A DNA stretch of 64,000 nucleotides. Source: an uncultured virus (IMG/VR IMGVR_UViG_3300032167_007852). Its lineage: Duplodnaviria > Heunggongvirae > Uroviricota > Caudoviricetes. Made by a program: the position numbers and the translations under genes. The stretch covers positions 62,001-126,000 of the IMG/VR virus record IMGVR_UViG_3300032167_007852. One strand, written 5' to 3'. Under the pieces are notes generated by a model that was not told the DNA's origin, made no database searches, and was given only the letters and a program-made list of their open reading frames with translations. This document shows positions 27,263-37,099 of this stretch, piece by piece (position 1 is the first letter of the stretch; each line of letters opens with the position of its first letter).

Positions 27263-28160
27263 TAATACCAATGGACGCTATAAAAGCTCTCTAATTGCTG
27301 GAACACCCTTAGAGCCTAAAGTACCAAAGTGTAAAAATCTTTAGGATTGGGCAATCAGCAGCGAAGATATTTATTATAAAAATTATATTGGAAATAAAAT
27401 TATAAAGGTGTTGATAATAATGTACTACAAAGATATAGCTGAAGATGAAAATGAAATATTCATAACAGTTTTTATAGATGGTGAGTATTATTATGATTAT
27501 TTGGTTAGCAATAAAGGTAGAATTTTTAGTTTAAAAACATTAACTTTTATGGAAGGAACACATAATCATAATGGTTATGTTAGAATAAAATTAAGGGATA
27601 GTGAAGGTAAACAACATATAAAACCTAAACATAGAATAGTAGCAGAAAGTTTTTGTGAAAATAATGAAAATAAACCTTTTGTTAACCATATAGACGGGAA
27701 TAAAGATAATAATAGTCCAGATAATTTAGAATGGGTTACAGCTAAAGAAAATACAAAACATGCGATAGAAACTGGACTTATATACACAGTCGGCGAAAAA
27801 TCTCATTTTGCAACTATAAATGAAGAAACAGCACATAAAATATGTAAGTTGATTGATGAAGGTAAAATGAGTTTAAAAGAGATAGCTCAATATCTTAATG
27901 TGGGATACGATTGTGTTAAGAAAATAAATAGAGGAAAATCGTGGGTACACGTTTCAAACCAATATAATTTTTTAAAATAAATATAACGTTCAACGACTAT
28001 CGAAACCACACTGTAAAGTGAAAGGGAGTAGAGTACACTCAAGTGAGTGGAAACGGGAGCCATTCTGAAAAGAATGATGATATAGTCTGATCTCATATGA
28101 AAGTATGAGCGGTTCTTAGAGAAACGGCGTGGGAGTAACGATCCCACGTGAACATGAATG
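27263..28160 (+). mobile_element. group I intron (IA2-like) in the DNA polymerase gene
   Basis: P1 AGCGTT/GACGCT with a U-G wobble; P10 CCAAT pairs with exon-2 GTTGG; core AATTGCTGGAA, GGCAATCAGCAG, GTTCAACGACTA, GATATAGTCT; P9 CTCATAT-GAAA-GTATGAG; terminal G at 28160; splicing restores FAGALVGDP...DFSSLYPS. Confidence 0.92.
27408..27980 (+). CDS. intron-encoded NUMOD4-like/HNH homing endonuclease
   Basis: YLVSNKGRIFS, HRIVAESF, VNHIDGNKDNN..NLEWVT..EN, C-terminal HTH. Confidence 0.9.
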   Translation: MLIIMYYKDIAEDENEIFITVFIDGEYYYDYLVSNKGRIFSLKTLTFMEGTHNHNGYVRIKLRDSEGKQHIKPKHRIVAESFCENNENKPFVNHIDGNKDNNSPDNLEWVTAKENTKHAIETGLIYTVGEKSHFATINEETAHKICKLIDEGKMSLKEIAQYLNVGYDCVKKINRGKSWVHVSNQYNFLK

Positions 28161-28563
28161 AGTTGGAGACCCGACATTAAATAGTACAGTTAATGGTATG
28201 GAAGTTAATGGAGTTAAGAACAGATATGTACGTAAGTATGTTATAGATTTTGACTTCTCAAGTCTATATCCAAGTATTAAAATAGCACATAATGTTGGAC
28301 CACATACATTAGTAGGTAAAATATCTTTAGATGAAAAAGTTTATGATAGATATACAGCTTTTGAAATGAACAATGACAAAGGTAATATGTATGATTCAGG
28401 AAAAGATTTTGTGGAAAATATGTTATGTCAGAATCCTGTTATGACAGGAGTTAGATGGATGAATTTACCGAATATGATGGAAATATTAGAAATGGTCGGA
28501 AAAGAATTTGGTAAAGATACAAGTAAAATAATTCCTGAGGAAAATAAATACAGAAGGGAGTAA
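28161..28563 (+). CDS. family-B DNA polymerase N-terminal subunit, exon 2 (motif A)
   Basis: in frame after splicing; VIDFDFSSLYPSI; the spliced product is 599 aa and lacks motifs B and C. Confidence 0.88.
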
Positions 28564-28567
28564 TTAT

Positions 28568-29230
28568 ATGAATGTAATATTTGAAGAAAAAGAAAAGAAG
28601 TTTAAAACTTCTTTTCTTAAAGAATTGGAAAATAACGTTAAAGTGTTGAAAAATATATACGATGAAGTTTATATAAATAATGAAGGTTTATGTTATTCTT
28701 TAGAAAGTAAATTAGATTCAGGAAGAGTATTTTGTAATAGCACGTTACACAAGTTATTTGAGATTGGAGAAAATCAATTATTAAAATTAAATTTAAAAGC
28801 GATTAGTGATTGTCTTAAAGCAGGGAAATCTAAAATAATCGGATTTTTTGTTGATTGTGGATTAGTATTCCGTACAACAGAAATGGATTATGAAGTAGGA
28901 GAGTTTCAAGATAATAAAAAACTTAATATAGATTATATAAATGAGATAACTAAAAATGTTAAATATAAATGTAATATAAATGAACTAATCGAAAGATTTG
29001 TAAATAAAGAATTTATAAATGTAAGAAAAGATAAGTATGATTTATTATTAACACATAAATTATTTCCAATGATAGGTAAGTCAAGTGAATTTAATTTAGA
29101 AATTAAAGAAAATGATAACGGAACATTTTATGGTATATTTAAAAATAAAATAGAAGAAAGAAATAAAAAAGATGAAGTAACTTTCGAAATAGAAATAACT
29201 TATATTTACAGATTTTTAGATTTAAACTAA
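28568..29230 (+). CDS. hypothetical protein cotranscribed with the DNA polymerase gene
   Basis: 220-aa ORF starting 4 nt after the polymerase stop. Confidence 0.7.
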   Translation: MNVIFEEKEKKFKTSFLKELENNVKVLKNIYDEVYINNEGLCYSLESKLDSGRVFCNSTLHKLFEIGENQLLKLNLKAISDCLKAGKSKIIGFFVDCGLVFRTTEMDYEVGEFQDNKKLNIDYINEITKNVKYKCNINELIERFVNKEFINVRKDKYDLLLTHKLFPMIGKSSEFNLEIKENDNGTFYGIFKNKIEERNKKDEVTFEIEITYIYRFLDLN

Positions 29231-29261
29231 ACCTTAACCTTATGGTTAAGGTTATTTTTTT
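29230..29261 (+). terminator. intrinsic terminator
   Basis: AACCTTAACC-TTAT-GGTTAAGGTT followed by a T run. Confidence 0.75.
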
Positions 29262-29270
29262 ACCCATTTA

Positions 29271-29282
29271 AACAATTACATA
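29271..29282 (+). promoter_or_regulatory. AACA-N6-TA promoter of the portal gene
   Basis: AACA-ATTACA-TA. Confidence 0.55.
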
Positions 29283-29324
29283 TGATACGGATGAAATAAT
29301 CTAATTATAAGGAGTTGAAAAAAT

Positions 29325-31643
29325 ATGGCGAACAAATCTGAAAAAGAAAAAAGAGAAGATAAAGAAATTCAGACTAGTAAGGAAGAGATAAAATTAAATG
29401 ACCTTTTCCAAGATTTATATAAAAAGATATCCATGAATACACATGATGTAGATGAAGATGTAAATAAAACAACTATGGATACAATGTCTGAAAAGATAAG
29501 AAGAGTTATAGCCGATGATATGGAAGAAATGAAATCGTATGGTGGTGAAAATGATCTAAGTAGATTCTTAATAAACACTATACAAAATTCAGGGTCTAAT
29601 AAATTTAATACCAGTATAATGGATCCTAGAAACGAAAATGCTTTAGAGAACTTATTTTCTTCTGGTGAAGGTTCTATATTCGCAACTTTCCAAGATAGAT
29701 TTAAAAATAAAGCATTATTATTCAACGACTTAGAAATAATAAGTGAACAGTTGGTTGAATTAAGTGAAGCTATAAATACTACAAGGGATGATATAGTTTC
29801 ATCAGATGACGTTGGTGCAGATATATCTAAATCATTAACTTTCTCTATGGATGGAGTAGAAGATGATGAAAAGAAATACGATGAACTTGTTGAAGAAGTT
29901 AAACGACAAGAACAAATACACGGTTTAAATTATATGGTAAGAGAACATATAGTCCCTAAAACATTAAAATATGGTGAATATTATGTTTATGTAATACCTG
30001 AAAGTAAACTATATGAAAACACTCAAAAGAAAAAATTAGAACGTACTAGTGGTGCAGCAATGGAATCTGCAGATGCAAAAGCATTCTTAGAAAGTCTTAA
30101 ATTAGATAAATCGCTTAAAGATGTTAAACCAGATGAAATGGTTTCATATATATCAGAAAATATAAAAATAAATAATACAGATATACCAATACCTATATTA
30201 GAAAATAATAATATGGTGGGTGCTATGAAAGATTTAGCACAATTTAATAATTTAACAAATTTATTAAAACAACACAAAGGTAAAAAGAAAAATGGTAAAT
30301 CAAATGGTGAAGATAAATATTCATCATTAGGATTTAGTGATGGTGTTAAAAGTTATAAAGTTGAGGATTGGTCTGATATTAAAGGTTGTTATATAAAACT
30401 ATTAGACCCTAAAAAAGTTATACCAGTTAAGCTTATGAACTATACTATCGGTTACTATTACGTTCATGATGCTGAAATGGATGTTACAAATAAACATCAC
30501 TGTAACCATGGGCATAGATTTACAAATATAATGGATAACATGGCTAATAAATCTACAGACCAACAAAACTTAATAAGTAATATAGCAGATGCTATAGTTA
30601 AATCGTTTGATAAAAAATATCTAAATGATAATATAGAGTTTAAAGAATTAATAATAAACTCTTTACTATATGATGATATGTATAAAAGAAAATTACATTA
30701 TCAATTTATTCCTGGTGACCATATATGTAGATTCTCTGTAAATGAAGATGAAAATGGTAATGGACAATCAATGATATATAAGTCATTATTCTATGCTAAG
30801 CTTTATTTATCAATACTTGTATTCAATATGATAACATATCTAACTAAATCACAAGATACTGTAGTAACATATGTTAAAACATCTGGAATAGATAAAAATG
30901 TTATAAATAAAACAATGGATGTTGCTAGACAATGGAAGTCTAAACAAATAGGAATAGGAGATTTAATGGATTATTCTTCTATATATAGTAAGATAGGTAC
31001 TGGAAGGGACTTATTTATACCTGAAGGTGAATCTGGAGAAAGAGGATTATCTTGGGATATAATACAAGGTCAAGACGTTAATATGCAAAATGAATTCATG
31101 GAACAATTAAAACAGGACTATATAAATGGTACTGGTGTTCCTTCAGTTATAATGAACTATATAAATGAAGCAGATTTTGCTAAAACATTAGTAATGGCAA
31201 ATGCTAAACATTTACGTAGAGTTATGATGTATCAAGATAACTTTAATGAAGATATAACAGAAATGTATCAAAAGATACTTTGTTATTGTACTGATATGGA
31301 AATGGAAGATATAGCAAACTTTAAATATACATTACAAAGACCAAAAACATTACCTAATAATAACTTAGTAGATATGTTAGGTTATGGAGATCAAATATTA
31401 GATTTCGTAGAAAAATCTGAATTTGGTCAATATGCAGAAGAAACACCTGAATTAAATACTACAAAAGATATGTTTAGAAAAGAATTCTCTAGAAAAGTAT
31501 TACCTATGCTTCCTTGGGAATTAATAGATGAAATAATGGAAAATGTTAAATTAGAAGTTGTTAAAGATACGGCTAAGAAAGCAAATAAAGATGCTGGTGG
31601 AGATGATATGAGTTCAGGTGGAGATGATAGTGGTTGGAATTAA
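29325..31643 (+). CDS. probable portal protein
   Basis: 772 aa; LKYGEYYVYV and GTGVPSVIM portal-like motifs; lies convergent to tube/sheath. Confidence 0.7.
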   Translation: MANKSEKEKREDKEIQTSKEEIKLNDLFQDLYKKISMNTHDVDEDVNKTTMDTMSEKIRRVIADDMEEMKSYGGENDLSRFLINTIQNSGSNKFNTSIMDPRNENALENLFSSGEGSIFATFQDRFKNKALLFNDLEIISEQLVELSEAINTTRDDIVSSDDVGADISKSLTFSMDGVEDDEKKYDELVEEVKRQEQIHGLNYMVREHIVPKTLKYGEYYVYVIPESKLYENTQKKKLERTSGAAMESADAKAFLESLKLDKSLKDVKPDEMVSYISENIKINNTDIPIPILENNNMVGAMKDLAQFNNLTNLLKQHKGKKKNGKSNGEDKYSSLGFSDGVKSYKVEDWSDIKGCYIKLLDPKKVIPVKLMNYTIGYYYVHDAEMDVTNKHHCNHGHRFTNIMDNMANKSTDQQNLISNIADAIVKSFDKKYLNDNIEFKELIINSLLYDDMYKRKLHYQFIPGDHICRFSVNEDENGNGQSMIYKSLFYAKLYLSILVFNMITYLTKSQDTVVTYVKTSGIDKNVINKTMDVARQWKSKQIGIGDLMDYSSIYSKIGTGRDLFIPEGESGERGLSWDIIQGQDVNMQNEFMEQLKQDYINGTGVPSVIMNYINEADFAKTLVMANAKHLRRVMMYQDNFNEDITEMYQKILCYCTDMEMEDIANFKYTLQRPKTLPNNNLVDMLGYGDQILDFVEKSEFGQYAEETPELNTTKDMFRKEFSRKVLPMLPWELIDEIMENVKLEVVKDTAKKANKDAGGDDMSSGGDDSGWN

Positions 31644-31650
31644 AAAAAGA

Positions 31651-31684
31651 ATATAGAATACATCCCTAGGGATGTATTCTATAT
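31651..31684. terminator. bidirectional terminator
   Basis: ATATAGAATACATCC-CTAG-GGATGTATTCTATAT between convergent genes. Confidence 0.75.
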
Positions 31685-31692
31685 ATTTAATC

Positions 31693-32556
31693 CTAATTGA
31701 ATGTCCAGTCTTTAATATTTTTAGATGGGAATTCTTCTTCAGATAATGATTTAACTTCGTTAGTTTCAGATCCTGTTTCAGATTTGAAGTCTAAGAAGTT
31801 GTAAAGAACTCTATATTTATTTAATAATAATTGAGCCACAGCATTTATATCAGGAGAAGTATACATAGTACAAGTGAATGCTATTTCTAATTCAACGTGT
31901 GCCATTTCTCCAGAAGTATGGTTGAAGTGGTTTCTAGCAGAAGTTTTAGGGAACATATTACATAACATACAAGCGAATTCTATATTGAATCCAGTTTGGT
32001 CAGTCATTACGTAGAATGCTTCCATAGTATGGTTAGCTTGAGAAACTTCTACTTCAGGTTCTTTAAATCCGTTACCATTTGCATTTGGTTGAGGTATAGC
32101 TAATCCATGATAGTGAGTAAATCCACTATTAGGGTCAGAAACACCTGTCATCCACATTTCTAAATATTCTCTCATAGGAGAACCAGCAAATTCTAATATT
32201 TTTATAGTTATTTCGTTAGTTTCATCTTTTAAGATAGTTGGTATTTCGAATGATCTTCCAGCATATCCTCCAGTGATACTATCGAATTCCATAGTTAAAT
32301 CTTGTATACCTTGTATATCCATGAAACCATATTCAACAACATGTTTAAAGTTTTTAGTTGCTTCTGGCATTAAAGCTTTCATGAAGAAAGGCATTTTAGT
32401 TAAGAATATTCTACCTTTACCAGTTTTTAATACGTTATATTGTTCTAATGCAGCACGTTTAACGTTTAATCCTCCAAGGAATAGCGAATATCCTGTCATA
32501 TCAGTTTTATTATTCTTAATGTTACTTTGTAACGTTCTTTGTTCATCTAAAGCCAT
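31693..32556 (-). CDS. tail tube protein
   Basis: 287 aa directly downstream of the sheath; EFAGSP..YLEMW.TGVSDP, MFP motif. Confidence 0.7.
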   Translation of the reverse strand: MALDEQRTLQSNIKNNKTDMTGYSLFLGGLNVKRAALEQYNVLKTGKGRIFLTKMPFFMKALMPEATKNFKHVVEYGFMDIQGIQDLTMEFDSITGGYAGRSFEIPTILKDETNEITIKILEFAGSPMREYLEMWMTGVSDPNSGFTHYHGLAIPQPNANGNGFKEPEVEVSQANHTMEAFYVMTDQTGFNIEFACMLCNMFPKTSARNHFNHTSGEMAHVELEIAFTCTMYTSPDINAVAQLLLNKYRVLYNFLDFKSETGSETNEVKSLSEEEFPSKNIKDWTFN

Positions 32557-32578
32557 TTATATTCACCTACCCTTTTAA

Positions 32579-34408
32579 TTATACTCTACTATTGATATTA
32601 ATTTCAACAATTGAAGATTTAGCAATAGTTTTAAATGTGATTTCTACATAGCAATGTAGTACAGACCAAAGTTCTTCTTCTGGTGTCATACTATATAATA
32701 CAGATATTGATCTAACAACATCCCTGTATTGTTTTGTTTTTTCAGTAAGTATTTCACCGAATAATTGTCTATCTTCAGGTTCTGCAAAGTTATATCTTCT
32801 AGCTATAGTTTCTTTTTCAGCTATATCTTTTATTTCAAGAGTCATAACCATATTATGTTCTTCACTTAAGTCAGAATCTGCATCTTGAGCAGTTACTTGA
32901 GTTCCTCTAGCATATATATTTTCTCCTAGAGCTTCATAGTAATTTAATCTTAAGTCGTAAAGTTGTTCTTTCATATCTTCATCATATTCATCAAGAACTG
33001 GTAATACAGAGTTTTTAACAGCTCCTGTTAATAATGCATGTGCTTCCCCTGTAAATGGTACGTGTGATCCAACTAATTCTATATGTTTAGCTAATTGACT
33101 AGCTAAATGATAAGTATAAGTAACTGCAACTTTTTTTCCGTTGAATGGATCTCTTATTTGGAAATGTTGATATCCTTTAGAAACTATTCTATAGTTTAAG
33201 TCAGTAGTATCTTCACCAAATATTAATCCTTCATCATGAGTAGTTATTATACCTGCATCTAAATAAACAAATGCATCATAACGTTGAATAGCTAAATTAA
33301 CCATTGCTCTCTTAACAGGTAATGGATAGTTAGCATCTAACATGTATTTAACTGGAGTTCTTCTTGGAGATAGTATAGTTCTATCTAAGTCTCCATTAAA
33401 TGCTTTTATGTATAGATCTTCTAATAATTCTCCTTCTAAATCTATTCCGTTAGCGAATGCACCATCATGTCCTCCCATTAGAGGTACACCATCTAATCTA
33501 TCTAATGCTAATTCTTCGTTATTTATTACTAAGTTAGGTATTTTAACTTGTTTATTAGTTACACCGTATATTGGATCGAATAATTTATGATTTTCAACAG
33601 GACATTCTAATCCATTGTCTACGAACATTTTAGCATATTCATCATATAATATTTCGAATGCATCTTCGAAAACATGTACACCTATTCTAGTAGAATAAGC
33701 AGTTTCTCCATCAACTATATCAGATAATAACATTGAACGAGAGTTTGCAGCGTGGTCGTATAAGCATCCATCGAATGTTTCAACAACAACGTTTCCTTCC
33801 TCAACGTCTAATACTTCTAATCTGTATGGTCTATAATCTATGTTAGTTTTCTTTCTAACTACACCAGTTAATCTGACTCTGAATGAATCTCCATATACCC
33901 CTCTACCTAAAGATCTTATAGCTAATAAAGGTAAAGTTTTATATCCAGCTTCGTCTTCTTCATCATTTCTTTTTTGTAATAATAGACCTTCTAAATGAGC
34001 AGCATTATTTAATGCTAACTCAGTATCTCTAACTAATTTAACTTCAAGGCTTCCGTCAACTACTTTATATTTAGCAGAAACTATCATATTACTGTACATT
34101 GCATCAAGAGGCATAACTCTCATACAATATGCATGTGAATAAGCATCTGCTATTGAAGCGTAAGCATTTAATATAGGTTGCCCATATTTAAATATGTTAG
34201 GTTTACCATATTCCTTTAAAAATTCTGATTGACTTGTAATTTTTACTAATTTATTATCTCTACCTTTTCCTCCAACGAATACGCATAAATAATTAACTCT
34301 GTCAGGCACAGCTGCAGGTCTTTTTTCACGAATTGTGTTATCATTTATGATCGTAACGTTAAACGGATGATCGTAATCAGGAATGTTTTTCTTATTATTA
34401 ACATACAT
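32579..34408 (-). CDS. tail sheath protein
   Basis: HPF.VTIIND, YGKPNIFKYGQP, YCMRVMP, LMGGHDG, DANYP; start at 34408 from the SD. Confidence 0.8.
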   Translation of the reverse strand: MYVNNKKNIPDYDHPFNVTIINDNTIREKRPAAVPDRVNYLCVFVGGKGRDNKLVKITSQSEFLKEYGKPNIFKYGQPILNAYASIADAYSHAYCMRVMPLDAMYSNMIVSAKYKVVDGSLEVKLVRDTELALNNAAHLEGLLLQKRNDEEDEAGYKTLPLLAIRSLGRGVYGDSFRVRLTGVVRKKTNIDYRPYRLEVLDVEEGNVVVETFDGCLYDHAANSRSMLLSDIVDGETAYSTRIGVHVFEDAFEILYDEYAKMFVDNGLECPVENHKLFDPIYGVTNKQVKIPNLVINNEELALDRLDGVPLMGGHDGAFANGIDLEGELLEDLYIKAFNGDLDRTILSPRRTPVKYMLDANYPLPVKRAMVNLAIQRYDAFVYLDAGIITTHDEGLIFGEDTTDLNYRIVSKGYQHFQIRDPFNGKKVAVTYTYHLASQLAKHIELVGSHVPFTGEAHALLTGAVKNSVLPVLDEYDEDMKEQLYDLRLNYYEALGENIYARGTQVTAQDADSDLSEEHNMVMTLEIKDIAEKETIARRYNFAEPEDRQLFGEILTEKTKQYRDVVRSISVLYSMTPEEELWSVLHCYVEITFKTIAKSSIVEININSRV

Positions 34409-34446
34409 GATTTGAATTCCTCCTTTATTTTTTAATTTATTAAATT

Positions 34447-34458
34447 TAAATAATTGTT
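34447..34458 (-). promoter_or_regulatory. AACA-N6-TA promoter of sheath/tube
   Basis: AACA-ATTATT-TA on the - strand. Confidence 0.55.
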
Positions 34459-34506
34459 CAAGCAGCACTTTACTGATTTAACAACCTGTTACGTTATATT
34501 ATTGTA

Positions 34507-35241
34507 TTAATACTTAATAACGTCCTCAAGAGGTGTTTTAGTTTCAGTTCTATTGTATTTCTTATTATTAATAGCTGATGTAATCATCTCATCCATATTT
34601 TCGAAAGAAATACCTGCGAATGAACTATTATTTTTACAAATAGTTCTAACATTAGCTAATGAATAGTCTAATTGCTTTTTCTTTGGATCGAAGTTTTTAG
34701 CTAAGAATTGACCATACTTAAGTGAGTTATCTCCAGCGTATCTATAAACTTCACTTATTATCATTTCAAGCATGATAGCAGGAGCTGGTAAACCAACTTT
34801 ATTTTGCTCAAATACTTTTAAGAATAAATCAAGTGTCTTATCATATGGAATGTTCTTAGGTATTTGTCCACCTAAAACCATATTAAGAAAATTCTCAGGA
34901 GCAGCATTGTCACATCTTATAGCTGAAGGAAATAGATTATTTCCTTTAAAAAACTTTAATACTATATAGTCAGCTTCAGTATCATTCCCTATTGTCATCT
35001 TTCTATTTTCTTTTTCTGCTGGGAAGAAACTAAGCATATTAGGTATTTTAAGTATCTCTAACTCATTTGGTTTATCCATAGTGGAAAAAGTTCTAAGATA
35101 CATTACGCCGAATGCTTGGAAAGATTCACCACAGTCAACGGCAAGTTCTTTTTCAGTATACTGTCTAGGAACATAGAATTCAGCATATGGACAGTTTAAC
35201 ACTATCATGCCATCTTTCTTAATAACATTTGCTTTTAACAC
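34507..35241 (-). CDS. conserved hypothetical protein of the morphogenesis cluster
   Basis: 244-aa ORF; GTG start; SD; own AACA-N6-TA at 35270-35281. Confidence 0.7.
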   Translation of the reverse strand: MLKANVIKKDGMIVLNCPYAEFYVPRQYTEKELAVDCGESFQAFGVMYLRTFSTMDKPNELEILKIPNMLSFFPAEKENRKMTIGNDTEADYIVLKFFKGNNLFPSAIRCDNAAPENFLNMVLGGQIPKNIPYDKTLDLFLKVFEQNKVGLPAPAIMLEMIISEVYRYAGDNSLKYGQFLAKNFDPKKKQLDYSLANVRTICKNNSSFAGISFENMDEMITSAINNKKYNRTETKTPLEDVIKY

Positions 35242-35323
35242 TTACATTCCTCCTTTATTTTTATCTTATTAGGTAATTGTTTTTAACGATGAAAAAAAGA
35301 TGATAGCCATTGGCTATCATCTA

Positions 35324-36214
35324 TTATCTTACCATGTCTAAAAATTCTTTAATATTTGTTAATAATATTTCTTCTTTGTCTTTAGGCATTTTACCTAAAT
35401 GTAATAAGAATAAATTAGTTGTTAATTGTGACACGAAGAAAGCTGTATCACTAGAATATCTACCATCTTTCATAGATTTACTTATATATTTAATAACTGC
35501 TATTATAAATAAATTATTCAAACTATGATATTCTTCTGGTAAAAATCTTTGTTCTAAATCATTTACTTGCACTAGGTCATATTGAGAACCTAATTTTTGT
35601 TGTACTTTCACATAATTTTTATATATTGTTACTGATCTATCCGATTGTGCATCTTTCTTTAAATTCTCAGGATCTAATGTTTTATAAAGATTTTTAATTC
35701 TATCTAATGTAAATGTTTCATTAAAAGTTTCTTGTGATTGTAAAATTTGTGCATATTTTGTTATATCTCCAGCCTCTTCAGCTTTTGATAATCCATCACT
35801 TATAGCTTTTTCTATTATATCAATTGAACTAACATTTGGATCTAATTTATCAAAACCATAAAATTCTTTTATAGCGTCATTAGTTTCCTTTGTTAAATCA
35901 TTTATTTCTTTAATTGAATTATCCATTTCTATAGAGAACTCATAAGATTGAACTAAATAAACCATAACTGATCTTATATACTCAACTAGATCTTCTTTAG
36001 TTTCAAAATCTGGTTCACCTATATAATATTTACCTTCTTCATAATTATTAAAAGCTAATAATTCATCATCAGACATTTCTTCTATTTGTTTTACTGATAA
36101 TGTAGGAACTACTGCAGCAAAAGCATCTTCATCCTCTTGTAATAATTCCTTTTGTGATTCTCTTAATTTATTTAATTTTTCCTTAGATTCATCCAATCTT
36201 GTAATATTTGACAT
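35324..36214 (-). CDS. hypothetical protein
   Basis: 296-aa ORF with SD. Confidence 0.7.
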   Translation of the reverse strand: MSNITRLDESKEKLNKLRESQKELLQEDEDAFAAVVPTLSVKQIEEMSDDELLAFNNYEEGKYYIGEPDFETKEDLVEYIRSVMVYLVQSYEFSIEMDNSIKEINDLTKETNDAIKEFYGFDKLDPNVSSIDIIEKAISDGLSKAEEAGDITKYAQILQSQETFNETFTLDRIKNLYKTLDPENLKKDAQSDRSVTIYKNYVKVQQKLGSQYDLVQVNDLEQRFLPEEYHSLNNLFIIAVIKYISKSMKDGRYSSDTAFFVSQLTTNLFLLHLGKMPKDKEEILLTNIKEFLDMVR

Positions 36215-36236
36215 AATTATTACCTCCTAAATATTT

Positions 36237-36998
36237 TTATTCTTCTTCACTTTCACCAAATATTAAATTATTTTGAAGTTCTAAACATATCTCCGATGCA
36301 AATTCATCTATTGCGTCATTATGTGTATATTTAACTTCGTTGAATAATCTACTTACGAAGTTATTAGCTATTTTAAAACTGTACACATATTCTTTTACAG
36401 CTTCCCCTGAATACTCTCCTGGTTCTATAGACATTTCCATAAAATCCTCAGGATCTAAATCAAGATCTAAAATGTGATATATTACCGATATTATATTTGA
36501 TAATATAACGACATCATCTTTATTCTTAGTTAATCTTTTCATATTTGTAGTTGTTACATCTTTACGTTTATATTCATCTGTAAATAATTCAGCCAATGAT
36601 GATTTGTTAATACAAATATAGTTTTTAAGAAAATTAGTTATATTTTCTCTTAGATTAACTACAAAGAATTCATATGCATTTCTACCTATTTCTTCCATTT
36701 CATATGATTGTAAATTCTCTATATCTATTCCTAATCCAAACCCTTTATCTAATTCTAATATAAGGAATGAATTAAAATCATCTCTCATTTCATTAAGTTC
36801 TTCTCTATATTCATCTATATGTCCTACTTCATCCATTGCTTCATCAAGAGTTTCGTAAACTTGATCACAATGATTTGTCATAAATGTTAAAGGATCGTCT
36901 ATTTGCGATTTGATGTTTTCTTTTATTATGTCTATAGGTAAATCCCCTAATATTCTTTCTATATCAAAACCGTTAATAAAATCATTATCTCTTATCAT
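36237..36998 (-). CDS. hypothetical protein
   Basis: 253-aa ORF; AACA-N6-TA at 37041-37052. Confidence 0.7.
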   Translation of the reverse strand: MIRDNDFINGFDIERILGDLPIDIIKENIKSQIDDPLTFMTNHCDQVYETLDEAMDEVGHIDEYREELNEMRDDFNSFLILELDKGFGLGIDIENLQSYEMEEIGRNAYEFFVVNLRENITNFLKNYICINKSSLAELFTDEYKRKDVTTTNMKRLTKNKDDVVILSNIISVIYHILDLDLDPEDFMEMSIEPGEYSGEAVKEYVYSFKIANNFVSRLFNEVKYTHNDAIDEFASEICLELQNNLIFGESEEE

Positions 36999-37099
36999 AA
37001 TTCTACCTCTCCTTTATACTTTATATTCTCATTTATTATCTAAATAACTGTTAAGTTTAGAATAAAAAATAATAGATATGACCGAAGCCATATCTATTA

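Noticed and set aside
27263..27344. C-terminal FNTNGRYKSSLIAGTPLEPKVPKCKNL of the 492-aa ORF
   Set aside because: This is read-through into intron sequence and is not part of the spliced polymerase.
27887..28177. Minus-strand 96-aa ORF
   Set aside because: It is antisense to the conserved intron core; a shadow ORF.
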